DNA from: Patescibacteria group bacterium
GTDB taxonomy: Bacteria > Patescibacteriota > Microgenomatia > UBA8517
Direction: 5' to 3'
NCBI GenBank assembly: GCA_036381415.1
Contig: DASVCV010000002.1
Coordinates: 84,091-148,090 of the forward strand
DNA length: 64,000 nucleotides
Position 1 is the stretch's first letter. Every line of letters starts with the position of its first letter. The notes beneath the pieces are model-generated. The model saw only the letters and a list, made by a program, of their open reading frames with translations. It was not told the DNA's origin and did no database searches. Position numbers and translations under genes: made by a program. Below, piece after piece: positions 38,735-47,697 of the stretch.

Positions 38735-39712
38735 ATGCCTCGAAAAATTGAAATTTCTCACAGAACGATTGTATTTACCTTTTTAGTAATTGGAGCAATT
38801 TGGGTTTTATACCTAATTAGGGATATTGTTCTTTCCTTGTTTGTTGCACTTCTAATTATGTTTATTCTTAATCCTTTGGTAAGAAGACTTTCAAAATATA
38901 GAATTCCAAGAGGAGCTTCGGTCTTAGTTGTTTATCTTACCTTTTTTATTGTAGTGGGAGTGAGTTTGGCAAGCATTATTCCACCTCTTGTAGAACAAAC
39001 TGCTAATTTTGCAAGCGGACTTCCTCAGTATATAGAAAACCTTAGAATAACCAGTCCTATTGCTGACCAAATATCAAGGCAAGTTTTGGCACAACTAGGG
39101 AATGTTCCAGGACAGGTTGTTGGGTTTGCATTGGGGGTAGTTTCTAATTTCTTAACAATTCTTACTATCCTTATTTTTGCTTTCTATTTCCTTTTGGCCA
39201 GAAACAAGCTTGATAATGAACAGATAAATGTGTTTTTAGGAGAAAAATGGAGCAAGGAATTTGCTGGCCTTATGGATGACTTGGAGGTAAGGCTTGGCAG
39301 ATGGGGAAGAGGACAAATAACTTTGATGTTAACAGTTGCTTTGTTTAACTATATTGGACTTACACTACTTGGGATACCTTTTGCACTTCCTTTAGCAATT
39401 CTTGCTGGATTATTGGAATTTGTTCCATATGTAGGACCGATTTTAGCTGCAATTCCAGCAGTTATAATTGGTTTTGGAATTTCCCCTGTAATGGGGCTTG
39501 CCACTTCTGCTTTGGCCTTCTTAATTCAGCAAATGGAGAACTATGTGTTTGTTCCAAAGATTATGGAAAAATCTGCAGGTGTTTCACCTGTAATTACTCT
39601 TATTGCCTTATCAGTTGGCTTTAGACTAGCTGGGATTACAGGAGTACTTATATCTGTACCAGTTGTAATTACTTTAGAAGTACTTGCAAAGAGACATTTT
39701 CTTACTAAATAA
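38735..39712 (+). CDS. AI-2E family (PerM/UPF0118) transporter
   Basis: 8 TM, characteristic N-terminal region; ORF-track start 38681 overlaps miaA and is less likely. Confidence 0.7.
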   Translation: MPRKIEISHRTIVFTFLVIGAIWVLYLIRDIVLSLFVALLIMFILNPLVRRLSKYRIPRGASVLVVYLTFFIVVGVSLASIIPPLVEQTANFASGLPQYIENLRITSPIADQISRQVLAQLGNVPGQVVGFALGVVSNFLTILTILIFAFYFLLARNKLDNEQINVFLGEKWSKEFAGLMDDLEVRLGRWGRGQITLMLTVALFNYIGLTLLGIPFALPLAILAGLLEFVPYVGPILAAIPAVIIGFGISPVMGLATSALAFLIQQMENYVFVPKIMEKSAGVSPVITLIALSVGFRLAGITGVLISVPVVITLEVLAKRHFLTK

Positions 39713-39758
39713 GCTTAGAAATTAGCCTTCAAAATACCCCTTTTATGATATAATAGCC

Positions 39759-40082
39759 TTGCTCTGGAGGAAGGGTAATCGCGCTTTCCAGGCTCAAACG
39801 AGCCTAGAGAGTGAGGAAAGTCCAGGCAGCATAAGGCACGGTGCCTAGCTTAATATGCTAGGACGGGAGCCTTACAGAAATGTAAGGTGACCGCTAGTTA
39901 GAGCAACAGAGACTACGACTCATTCTGAACCGAATAGGTTTGGAAAAGAGAGTGAAAAGAGCAATCCTCCCGGCTGCAACCTCCGAATGGGACGTTTGAG
40001 GTGCCTTACCGAGTCCCGAGGTTTGAGGGCATAGATGGATGGTTACCTAAAACAGAACCTGGCTTACTATCCTTCAGAGCAC
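39759..40082 (+). ncRNA. rnpB: RNase P RNA (bacterial type)
   Basis: GAGGAAAGTCCAGGC (P4 5' strand) and ACAGAACCTGGCTTA (P4 3' strand) with compensatory G->A / C->T change relative to E. coli GUCCGGGC/ACCCGGC; P1 pairing GCTCTGGAGG (39761) with CCTTCAGAGC (40071); TATAAT at 39749-39754. Confidence 0.85.
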
Positions 40083-40111
40083 AAAAAGATGAGTTCTGGT
40101 ACAATAGCTTC

Positions 40112-40555
40112 ATGCGTTTGGTGGTTCAGAGGGTTAAAAAAGCTGAAGTTACAGTAGTTTCTTCAGGTAAAGTGGCAGGGTCAATTGAAAAAGGATTATT
40201 TGTTTTAGTGGGTGTTAAAAAGGGAGATACCAAAAAAGAGGCTGAGATACTTGCAAATAAAATAGTTAAATTAAGAGTAATGGCAGATGAAGCAGGAAAG
40301 ATGAATTTGTCTGTAGTAGATACTAAGTCAAAGATTTTGGCTGTTTCTCAGTTTACTTTATATGCAGATACAAAAGGAGGGAATAGGCCTTCTTTCATAC
40401 AAGCAGAAGATCCAGAAAAGGCTGTAGAAATCTACAATCATTTTGTAGCAAAAATTAAAGAGCTAGGAGTGGAAACTGAGATAGGTAGTTTTGGGAGTGA
40501 AATGAAAATTGATACAGAATTAGATGGTCCCGTTACAATAATTTTTGAGACTTAA
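40112..40555 (+). CDS. dtd: D-aminoacyl-tRNA deacylase
   Basis: MRLVVQRV start, SQFTLYAD motif; ORF-track N-terminal extension (40001-40111) is the 3' part of rnpB. Confidence 0.88.
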   Translation: MRLVVQRVKKAEVTVVSSGKVAGSIEKGLFVLVGVKKGDTKKEAEILANKIVKLRVMADEAGKMNLSVVDTKSKILAVSQFTLYADTKGGNRPSFIQAEDPEKAVEIYNHFVAKIKELGVETEIGSFGSEMKIDTELDGPVTIIFET

Positions 40556-41153
40556 GGAATTCTTCTAGTCTTTTCTTTGTTCTAAACTGTCTGCCTATTG
40601 ATACGAATAGTCTGTTCATTTCTGACCAATATTTTTTTGGCACAATCTTTTCTAATTCTTTTTCAGTTTGCTGGGGAGTTTTTGTTTTTACCCATCCAAG
40701 AAGATTTGTAATTCTATGGACATGAGTGTCTACAGCAATTGCTGGAATATCAAATGCCCTATTTAAGACAAGATTGGCAGTTTTGGTTCCAACACCTGGA
40801 AGTTTTATTAGATCCTTTTTGTTGTTTGGAATTTTTCCCTTAAAATCAGATATAACAATTTGAGCAAGCTTTTTAAGGTGTTTTGCTTTTGTTTTATGAA
40901 AGCCTACTTTTTTTATTAAGTTCTCAATCTCTTTTTCTGTAAGTTTATTTAAAGAAGAAACATCAGGAGCTTTTTTAAAAAGGTTTTGGGAAACTATAAG
41001 AGTAACTTCGTCACGGGTTCTAGCTGAAAGAACAGTTGATACCAAAGTTTTGTAGGGATCTTTACCAAATATTTCTAAAGGAACGAGCTGGTAGTTTTTC
41101 TTGAATACAGTAAATACTTTATTGAAGTTATACACTTTTCTTTTGGTATACAA
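40533..41153 (-). CDS. HhH-GPD superfamily DNA glycosylase (endonuclease III-like, no Fe-S C-terminus)
   Basis: LPGVGTKTANLVL helix-hairpin-helix, catalytic D. Confidence 0.7.
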   Translation of the reverse strand: MYTKRKVYNFNKVFTVFKKNYQLVPLEIFGKDPYKTLVSTVLSARTRDEVTLIVSQNLFKKAPDVSSLNKLTEKEIENLIKKVGFHKTKAKHLKKLAQIVISDFKGKIPNNKKDLIKLPGVGTKTANLVLNRAFDIPAIAVDTHVHRITNLLGWVKTKTPQQTEKELEKIVPKKYWSEMNRLFVSIGRQFRTKKRLEEFLKSQKLL

Positions 41154-41221
41154 AAGGAAACCCTGTGAAACAAGTATTAACTTGTTAGTAGGATTTCCCT
41201 TTGGTTAAGTCGAGATTGTGG

Positions 41222-41353
41222 TTAGCCCCCAATCTTGAACATTGTTGTGCCACACACTTCACACTTTCCTTTCTTAGCTTTCTTTCCATTTTTCATGGTA
41301 ACATCCTGAATATCTTTTCCTTCTCTTTTAGCGCGGCATTTTACACAATACAT
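41222..41353 (-). CDS. small zinc-ribbon protein (43 aa; CxxC...CxxC), unlisted in ORF track
   Basis: translated by eye: MYCVKCRAKREGKDIQDVTMKNGKKAKKGKCEVCGTTMFKIGG; strong SD GGAGGTG 7 nt upstream. Confidence 0.6.
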   Translation of the reverse strand: MYCVKCRAKREGKDIQDVTMKNGKKAKKGKCEVCGTTMFKIGG

Positions 41354-41418
41354 CAAAATAATCACCTCCCTTCAATTTGAACCAAGTAAAAACTTGTCAG
41401 ACTCAGTATACCATCTTT

Positions 41419-41476
41419 GCGAGGCTAGACACGCACAGAGCGAGGCTAAAGACTTTTTTAGTGAGGCTAAAGCAAG
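41419..41476. repeat. three direct copies of G(C/T)GAGGCTA(A)AG spaced ~21 nt, upstream of the small Zn-ribbon gene
   Basis: gcgaggctagac / gcgaggctaaagac / gtgaggctaaagcaag read directly. Confidence 0.6.
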
Positions 41477-41702
41477 TTGGCTTCACAATTTTTGTGCCAG
41501 ATCTTAGGCATTTTTTCACGCACGGGATTTTGAAAGTACAGGCTCAGGTGTTTTTTTAATTGCCTCTTGACAAGGCCTTCATCTCATTGACGATTGGAGT
41601 GAAAAGAAATAATCTTAAAATACAACCTTGACAGCAGTTATAATGCTCAAATACAATGTTTGAGTTAAATTGTTACTCAAGTTTTGAAAGCAAAAGCTGA
41701 CT

Positions 41703-42158
41703 TTGAATCAAGTACTACCATTACTAATAGGAATAAGTATTATCTGGCTTTTGGCCTTAAGCTTTTTGTATTGGAAAATTCTTTCTCATTACAATAAACT
41801 AACAAAGGGTACAAAGAAGGAAGATTTGAGTTTGATTTTGGATAAAATTTTGGAAAGACAGAATCTTAACAGAAATGAAATTGTTAAGATTGAAGGGGAA
41901 GTAAAAAAGTTAATCCAAGAAGGAGCAACTCATATCCAGAAAGCTGGAGTAGTAAGATTTAACCCATTTAGTGATACAGGGGGAGACAGCAGTTTTTCTC
42001 TAGCATTACTAGACGGCAATTTAAATGGTATAGTTATAACAGGGTTACATACTAGAGAAAGAACAAGAGTGTATTTGAAAGCAGTAAGTAAAGGAAAGAG
42101 TAGGTATGAGCTATCAAATGAGGAAGAGAAGGCAGTAGCAGATGCCATTAAGCACTAG
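41703..42158 (+). CDS. DUF4446-like membrane-anchored protein (TTG start)
   Basis: N-terminal TM, RFNPFSDTGGDSSFSLALLD segment recalled as DUF4446-like. Confidence 0.5.
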   Translation: MNQVLPLLIGISIIWLLALSFLYWKILSHYNKLTKGTKKEDLSLILDKILERQNLNRNEIVKIEGEVKKLIQEGATHIQKAGVVRFNPFSDTGGDSSFSLALLDGNLNGIVITGLHTRERTRVYLKAVSKGKSRYELSNEEEKAVADAIKH

Positions 42159-42168
42159 AAGATAAAGG

Positions 42169-43413
42169 ATGAAAAATATGAATAATTTTTTACAAAGCAA
42201 AAGGTTTATGACTGTTGTGACCTTTTTGGGACTTTTTCTTATTGCTACTGGAATTTCCTGGGCTGCATTTACATTTTTAGGTAAGGGATCAAACTTAGCT
42301 TCTCAGGGAGGCATAAGCGGAGCTAGATCAAAACTTAATCTTAATCTTCCAAAGACTGAAGTATGTCCTATTAATGGAGCTAAGTTTACAGTTGCTGAGA
42401 GAAATATTTGGGAAACAAGAAGGCCTATTACCATGATGGTTGAGAATCATGTTGATTCACGTCCTCCTAATGGAATTTCAAAAGCTGACTTTTTCTATGA
42501 AACAGTTGCTGAGGGAGGAATTACAAGGTTTTTGGCAATCTTTTACTGTGGAGCAGCTGCTGAAGATGTAAAAGTAGCACCAGTAAGAAGTGCAAGAGTT
42601 TACTTTATTAATTGGGCTTCTGAATATGGAGACAATCCAATTTTTGCTCATGTAGGAGGAGCTAATAATTTCTGTGCAGATTGTCCTGGACAAGTTAAAT
42701 CATATGGAACTACTGCTAAAGAGGTAAGAGCAATTGAAATGCTTGAGACAATTGGATGGAGAGTGCCAGGAGGAAATGATTTTGATACATCATATGATTC
42801 TGGATACCCGGTTTTTTATAGAGATGCTGAAAGAAATAAAGATATTGCAGGGCATTTGCTTGCCACAGAGCATACTATGGTTGCATCAACTGATGAGATG
42901 TACAAAGAAGCTCAAAAAAGAGGATTTGATGCCAAGGATTCAGATGGAGTGGCTTGGGATAAAAACTTTAAACAATATAAATTTGCAGAGGACGCTAAAC
43001 AATCAAGTCCTGCTGCAACAGATATTTCTTTTGAATTCTGGTCAAGCCAGTCTGATTACAATGTGGAGTGGAAATATGATTCGGCTAATAATCAGTATTT
43101 AAGATTTGATGGAGGAAAAGCTCATACTGATATTGGATATGAAAATGTCCAACTAACTGCAAAAAATGTGCTTGTAATGAAAGTAAAAGAGACAGGACCG
43201 GTTGATGAGGAAGGACACATGATGGAGCAAAACATTGGAACGGGCGAGATGACACTATTTCAAAATGGAGGAGTAATAAAGGGAACTTGGAGTAAGGCAG
43301 ATAGAACAAGCAGAACTATATTTAAAGATGAAAATGGAAAAGAAATTACATTTGTTCGTGGAGTAACTTGGGTGGAAGCAATTCCATCTGAAAATACAGT
43401 TACATATAAATAA
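42169..43413 (+). CDS. DUF3048-like secreted/anchored protein
   Basis: signal/TM then CPINGAKF...RRPITMMVENH; family assignment from memory. Confidence 0.45.
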   Translation: MKNMNNFLQSKRFMTVVTFLGLFLIATGISWAAFTFLGKGSNLASQGGISGARSKLNLNLPKTEVCPINGAKFTVAERNIWETRRPITMMVENHVDSRPPNGISKADFFYETVAEGGITRFLAIFYCGAAAEDVKVAPVRSARVYFINWASEYGDNPIFAHVGGANNFCADCPGQVKSYGTTAKEVRAIEMLETIGWRVPGGNDFDTSYDSGYPVFYRDAERNKDIAGHLLATEHTMVASTDEMYKEAQKRGFDAKDSDGVAWDKNFKQYKFAEDAKQSSPAATDISFEFWSSQSDYNVEWKYDSANNQYLRFDGGKAHTDIGYENVQLTAKNVLVMKVKETGPVDEEGHMMEQNIGTGEMTLFQNGGVIKGTWSKADRTSRTIFKDENGKEITFVRGVTWVEAIPSENTVTYK

Positions 43414-43475
43414 AAATTATACGGAGTATAATTTAAAAAAAAGAAATTGATTAACCTGCCCCAAAAGGTTAAAAC

Positions 43476-44060
43476 ATGTCAAGACTTGAAGATATAATTA
43501 CCTCAAAAGTTAGAGTAAAAATTGTAGAGCTTTTCTGCTCTAATCCCCGTGAGATGTATCATGTGCGTGGAATAGTTAGAGAAACTAATGAAGAAATAAA
43601 TGCAGTAAGACGTGAGCTTCTAAGACTAGATGAAGCAGGAATGATTAAAAAAGAAAATAGAGGCAACAGGGTTTACTATTGGTTAAGAGATGATTATCAA
43701 ATGTATGGGGATTTGGTTTCAATGGTAGCAAAAACCACGGGGCTTGGGGCAGCTCTTATTAATAACAAGGCAAAAATAGGAAAGCCTGCTTTTATTATGT
43801 TTTCAGGAAAGTTTGCAAGACATAAAATGCGAAAGAAGGATGATGAAGTAGATATTTTAATAGTAGGAGATATAACTTTGCCTGAACTTGCAAGTTTAGT
43901 AAGAGCTGAAGAATCAAAGAGAAAAATTGAAATTAATTACACTGTAATGACAAGAGAGGAACTTAACTTTAGAAAACAGCGACGCGATCCATTTTTGATA
44001 AGTATTCTTTCCCAGAGCAGAGTTATGATAATTGGGGATGAAGATGATTTAGTTTCTTAA
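43476..44060 (+). CDS. winged-HTH domain fused to minimal nucleotidyltransferase-like domain
   Basis: N-terminal wHTH-like segment; C-terminal FSGKFARHK...DDEVDILIVGD resembles GS-x(n)-D-x-D NTase signature. Confidence 0.45.
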   Translation: MSRLEDIITSKVRVKIVELFCSNPREMYHVRGIVRETNEEINAVRRELLRLDEAGMIKKENRGNRVYYWLRDDYQMYGDLVSMVAKTTGLGAALINNKAKIGKPAFIMFSGKFARHKMRKKDDEVDILIVGDITLPELASLVRAEESKRKIEINYTVMTREELNFRKQRRDPFLISILSQSRVMIIGDEDDLVS

Positions 44061-44062
44061 TA

Positions 44063-44479
44063 ATGGGGTTTCTTGAGAATTATAGAGCAAACAGAGAACT
44101 ATATAGGCATAAAGATGATTTTGGAGGAAAAGGGGCAAGGTGGATTACTTTTGACTCAAATGTTAATTCCCTTTTGAGGAATGTGATTGTGAAAACCTAT
44201 AGATTAAGTGATAGTTATTTACAAGATCCCTGTGCTTTGGTGTTTCCCCCTGTTAAAGGAGCTGAGTGCCACCCAGGGGCTGTTGTAGTTAATAACCTTA
44301 TAACTTGCTATGAAGGAGAGTTTCCTAAAGGAATGGAAATAGGGTTTTTAACATTGAGAGGTGTTACAGGAGGAATTTTTGTTTTTGGCAGAGACAAAGA
44401 TACTCCACACCAAGCTTACATTGCTGCTAAGAAGGCTTTTTCAATAAGAGTAAAAAATAGGCTAAAGGAAGAAAACTAG
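44063..44479 (+). CDS. hypothetical protein, 3 nt downstream of the wHTH-NTase gene
   Basis: 138-aa ORF; R-x4-H (RELYRH) near N-terminus. Confidence 0.45.
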   Translation: MGFLENYRANRELYRHKDDFGGKGARWITFDSNVNSLLRNVIVKTYRLSDSYLQDPCALVFPPVKGAECHPGAVVVNNLITCYEGEFPKGMEIGFLTLRGVTGGIFVFGRDKDTPHQAYIAAKKAFSIRVKNRLKEEN

Positions 44480-44480
44480 G

Positions 44481-45824
44481 TTAAATTTCTTTTATTCTTT
44501 TAAGCAAAATACTTTTCTCATTTTCAATTGTTTTTTCTTCTACTTCCTTAAATAATTTTTCTAGAATTTCTCCTACTTTTGGACCTGGTTTTAGACTAAG
44601 TTCTTTCATTACATCCCGTCCATTTATTTTTAGGTCTCTAATTGAGAATGGCTCTTTCTGAACTTCAATTAACCTTTTTTTGAATTCTTCAAACCTCCAG
44701 GAAGTTTCACTTGCTCCTCCGCCTAATCTGTCTCCTGTTCTTAAATCAAGCATGTCGGGCAAATATTGAGGAGTGACATTTCTAATGAAACGCCTTATGG
44801 CAGTATCTGTTTGATGTTCATCAACAGTAAATTGGTGCCACCTAACTAATGTTAGAAGTTTTTCTGTTTCTTTTTTAGAAAATCTTAACCTTAAGGCGAT
44901 TCTTTTTGCAATTTGAGTGCCTACTACTTCATGATTGTAAAAAGTTATTAATCCCTTATTGTCTTTTTTAAAGGTTTGGGGTTTGCCAATATCATGAATG
45001 AATGTTGCAAAACGGGTAACAGGGTCAGTAGATGGCGTAAATTTGAGAGACATTAGAGCATGGGTTCCAACATCATAGATGTGATGACGGCCAGGGGATT
45101 TTTGCTCTACTCCAAACATTTTGGATGCTTCTGGCAAGATTTCATCTAGAAGGGTTGATTCTTTTAACATTTCTACCCCTTTTTCAGGATGAGAAGCTGC
45201 AAAGATTTTTATTAGTTCATCTTTTACTCTTTCTTTGGCAATTTTGTTAATTAAAGGAGCGTTGGCTTTGATTGCATCAAAGGTTTTCTTTTCAATAGTA
45301 AAATTTAGCTGGGTTGCAATTCTAATTGCTCGAAGGAGACGGAGTGCATCTTCTGAGAATCTGTCTACTGGATTTCCTACTGCTTTTATAGATTTTTGCT
45401 TTAGATCTTTTGCACCTCCAAAAGTATCTATTACTTTAAAACCATCTTTTTGAGGCTTTAATGCCATTGCATTAATGGTAAAGTCACGGCGTTCAAGATC
45501 TTCTTCTAGAGTTTTACCCCACTCCACTTTGTCAGGCCGGCGAGCATCAGAGTAGCCGCTTTCAGTTCTAAAGGTTGTAATTTCGTGGGGATCTAAACCA
45601 GATTTACTTGGAATTCCTACAGTTCCAAATTTATTGTCATAGTAGGCATCCTTAAATACTTTTACAATTTGTTCTGGGGTGGCGTTTGTAGTGTAGTCCC
45701 AGTCGTCTACGCTTTTACCCAAAAGAATATCCCGGACAGCACCACCTACGATATAGATTTCATATCCGGCACCTTCCATCTTTTTTAGTATTTCACAAAC
45801 TTCCTCGGGTATATTAAACTGCAT
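44481..45824 (-). CDS. cca: CCA-adding tRNA nucleotidyltransferase with HD domain
   Basis: GGAVRDILLG...DWD head motif; HDIGK. Confidence 0.85.
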   Translation of the reverse strand: MQFNIPEEVCEILKKMEGAGYEIYIVGGAVRDILLGKSVDDWDYTTNATPEQIVKVFKDAYYDNKFGTVGIPSKSGLDPHEITTFRTESGYSDARRPDKVEWGKTLEEDLERRDFTINAMALKPQKDGFKVIDTFGGAKDLKQKSIKAVGNPVDRFSEDALRLLRAIRIATQLNFTIEKKTFDAIKANAPLINKIAKERVKDELIKIFAASHPEKGVEMLKESTLLDEILPEASKMFGVEQKSPGRHHIYDVGTHALMSLKFTPSTDPVTRFATFIHDIGKPQTFKKDNKGLITFYNHEVVGTQIAKRIALRLRFSKKETEKLLTLVRWHQFTVDEHQTDTAIRRFIRNVTPQYLPDMLDLRTGDRLGGGASETSWRFEEFKKRLIEVQKEPFSIRDLKINGRDVMKELSLKPGPKVGEILEKLFKEVEEKTIENEKSILLKRIKEI

Positions 45825-45842
45825 TACAATTAATTATACGAT

Positions 45843-47498
45843 ATGGATGGGGGTATTGTTTTTGCCAGATGGGAAGTCTTAGGAAAAAGTGAGGATTTAA
45901 TTGATTCTCTACTAGAAAGTAGAGGTTTAAAAAGTAAAAAAGAGAAAGAACTTTTTTTAAATCCAAAATCTCCATATGATCTTTCGTTGAAAGAATTAAA
46001 GATAAGTGAGGCACAGGTTAAAAAGGCAGCTGGGAGGCTAAAACAGGCAAAGAAGAAAAATGAGAAAGTAATTGTATATGGAGATTATGATGCGGATGGA
46101 ATTTGTTCTACTGCAATATTGTGGGAGACTCTCTACTTGCTTGGTATTGATGCAATGCCTTTTATTCCAGACAGGTTTAGCGATGGATATGGGTTGTCCA
46201 GTGAAAGCGTTAAAAGATTAAAGAAAAAAAACCCTGATCTTCGCCTTATTATTACTGTTGATAATGGAATTGTTGCAAATAAGGCAGTGGAAACTGCAAA
46301 TAAACTAGGAATTGATGTAATTATTACAGATCACCATTTGCCTGGGAAAGCTAAACCAAAAGCCTACGCAGTAGTGCATACCACCTTGATTGCAGGGTCT
46401 GCAGTCTCTTGGGTGTTTTCGCGTGAGATTTTACAAAGCTTTAAAGAAAAAAAAGAAAAATTAGGGCTAGAGCTAGTTGGCATTGGGACAATTGCAGATC
46501 AACTTCCCTTGGTTGGAGCAAACCGATCTTTTGCAAAATTTGGGTTAATAGATTTAAACAAAACTAAAAGACCTGGCTTTGTTTGTTTATTAAAAGATGC
46601 TGGGGTAAAAGAGGGAGAAGTAGGAACATATGAAATTAACTACATAATTGCACCAAGAATTAATGCAATGGGAAGGCTTTCAAATGGACTAGATTCACTT
46701 CGCTTGGTTTGCACAAAGGATGTTAAGAAAGCACTAGATCTAGCTAAAAATGTAAATGACACAAATATAGAAAGACAGAAATTGGTAGATACTGTTGTAA
46801 CACATGCCAGGCAATCATATGCAGATATAGGAGGCAAAAAAATTATTGTCCTATCACATGAGTCATACCATGAAGGAGTGATTGGACTGGCTGCAAGCCG
46901 CTTGGTTGAGGAATTCTATAGACCATCTATTGTAATTTCAACTAAAGGAAAAATTGCAAAAGCTTCTGCAAGAAGCATTTCTGGATTTAATATAATTGAA
47001 ACCTTAAGAAAACTAGAAGATTTGTGGGTTGAAGGAGGAGGACATCCAATGGCAGCTGGATTTAGTATTGAGACAGCAAAGATATCAGAGTTTACTAAAA
47101 GATTAGAAGAGTTGGTTGAACCACTTTTAACTGAAGAGCTATTAACCAAAAAATTAAGAATAGATTTAGAAACAGATTTTGAAAAATTAAATTGGGATTT
47201 GGTTAAGACACTTACTTTATTTGTACCAATGGGATTAGGAAACCCTACACCTACTTTTTTAACCAGAGGAGTTGAGATTAAAGAAGTAAAGCCGGTAGGG
47301 CAGACAAAGAAGCATCTTAAATTAAAATTATCTAAAGGAGGAAAGTTTTTTGATGCAATTGCTTTTGGGTTTGGGGAATATTATTCAGAGCTACTGGGAA
47401 AAGAAAAAGTAGATGTAGTATATGCTTTGGAAGAAAATGTTTGGAATGGAAGTAGAAGTCTGCAGCTTAGAGTAAAAGATCTGAAGGTAGGTTCATAA
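45843..47498 (+). CDS. recJ: single-stranded-DNA-specific exonuclease RecJ
   Basis: YGDYDADG, ITDHH (DHH), DHHA1 region. Confidence 0.88.
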   Translation: MDGGIVFARWEVLGKSEDLIDSLLESRGLKSKKEKELFLNPKSPYDLSLKELKISEAQVKKAAGRLKQAKKKNEKVIVYGDYDADGICSTAILWETLYLLGIDAMPFIPDRFSDGYGLSSESVKRLKKKNPDLRLIITVDNGIVANKAVETANKLGIDVIITDHHLPGKAKPKAYAVVHTTLIAGSAVSWVFSREILQSFKEKKEKLGLELVGIGTIADQLPLVGANRSFAKFGLIDLNKTKRPGFVCLLKDAGVKEGEVGTYEINYIIAPRINAMGRLSNGLDSLRLVCTKDVKKALDLAKNVNDTNIERQKLVDTVVTHARQSYADIGGKKIIVLSHESYHEGVIGLAASRLVEEFYRPSIVISTKGKIAKASARSISGFNIIETLRKLEDLWVEGGGHPMAAGFSIETAKISEFTKRLEELVEPLLTEELLTKKLRIDLETDFEKLNWDLVKTLTLFVPMGLGNPTPTFLTRGVEIKEVKPVGQTKKHLKLKLSKGGKFFDAIAFGFGEYYSELLGKEKVDVVYALEENVWNGSRSLQLRVKDLKVGS

Positions 47499-47697
47499 AA
47501 AGATTATCAACTTCTTCTTCAGTTAATTTGTATTTGTTTTTATCTTCTGCATTTAGGGTAGCGGGACTAATATTTATTTGTGCCCCTTTGGAAGTAAAGT
47601 TAAATTGAGCATCATAGTCTCCACCATTCTTGGCGTAAACGTCGAGTAAGGTGCTTAGGGCGCGAACAGCTTTTAGTTGTAATCTTTCTTGGGACAC
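47467..47697 (-). CDS. hypothetical small protein (doubtful)
   Basis: 76-aa ORF in recJ-aspS gap, overlaps recJ 3' end by 32 nt. Confidence 0.2.
   Translation of the reverse strand: MSQERLQLKAVRALSTLLDVYAKNGGDYDAQFNFTSKGAQINISPATLNAEDKNKYKLTEEEVDNLFMNLPSDLLL

Noticed and set aside
40001-40111. N-terminal 37 codons of the ORF-track dtd ORF
   Set aside because: The sequence is the 3' third of RNase P RNA (P4 3' strand ACAGAACCTGGCTTA and P1 closing). The conserved Dtd N-terminus MRLVVQRV begins at 40112.
41419-41476. GAGGCTAAAG triple repeat as a possible CRISPR array
   Set aside because: Repeat units are only ~10-12 nt, imperfect, with ~10-nt spacers and no cas genes nearby. They are more consistent with operator/iteron-type binding sites.
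41377-41559. 60-aa plus-strand ORF in the 41.4-41.6 kb spacer
   Set aside because: No RBS, runs through the direct-repeat array and T-tract, low-complexity translation. Likely non-coding.
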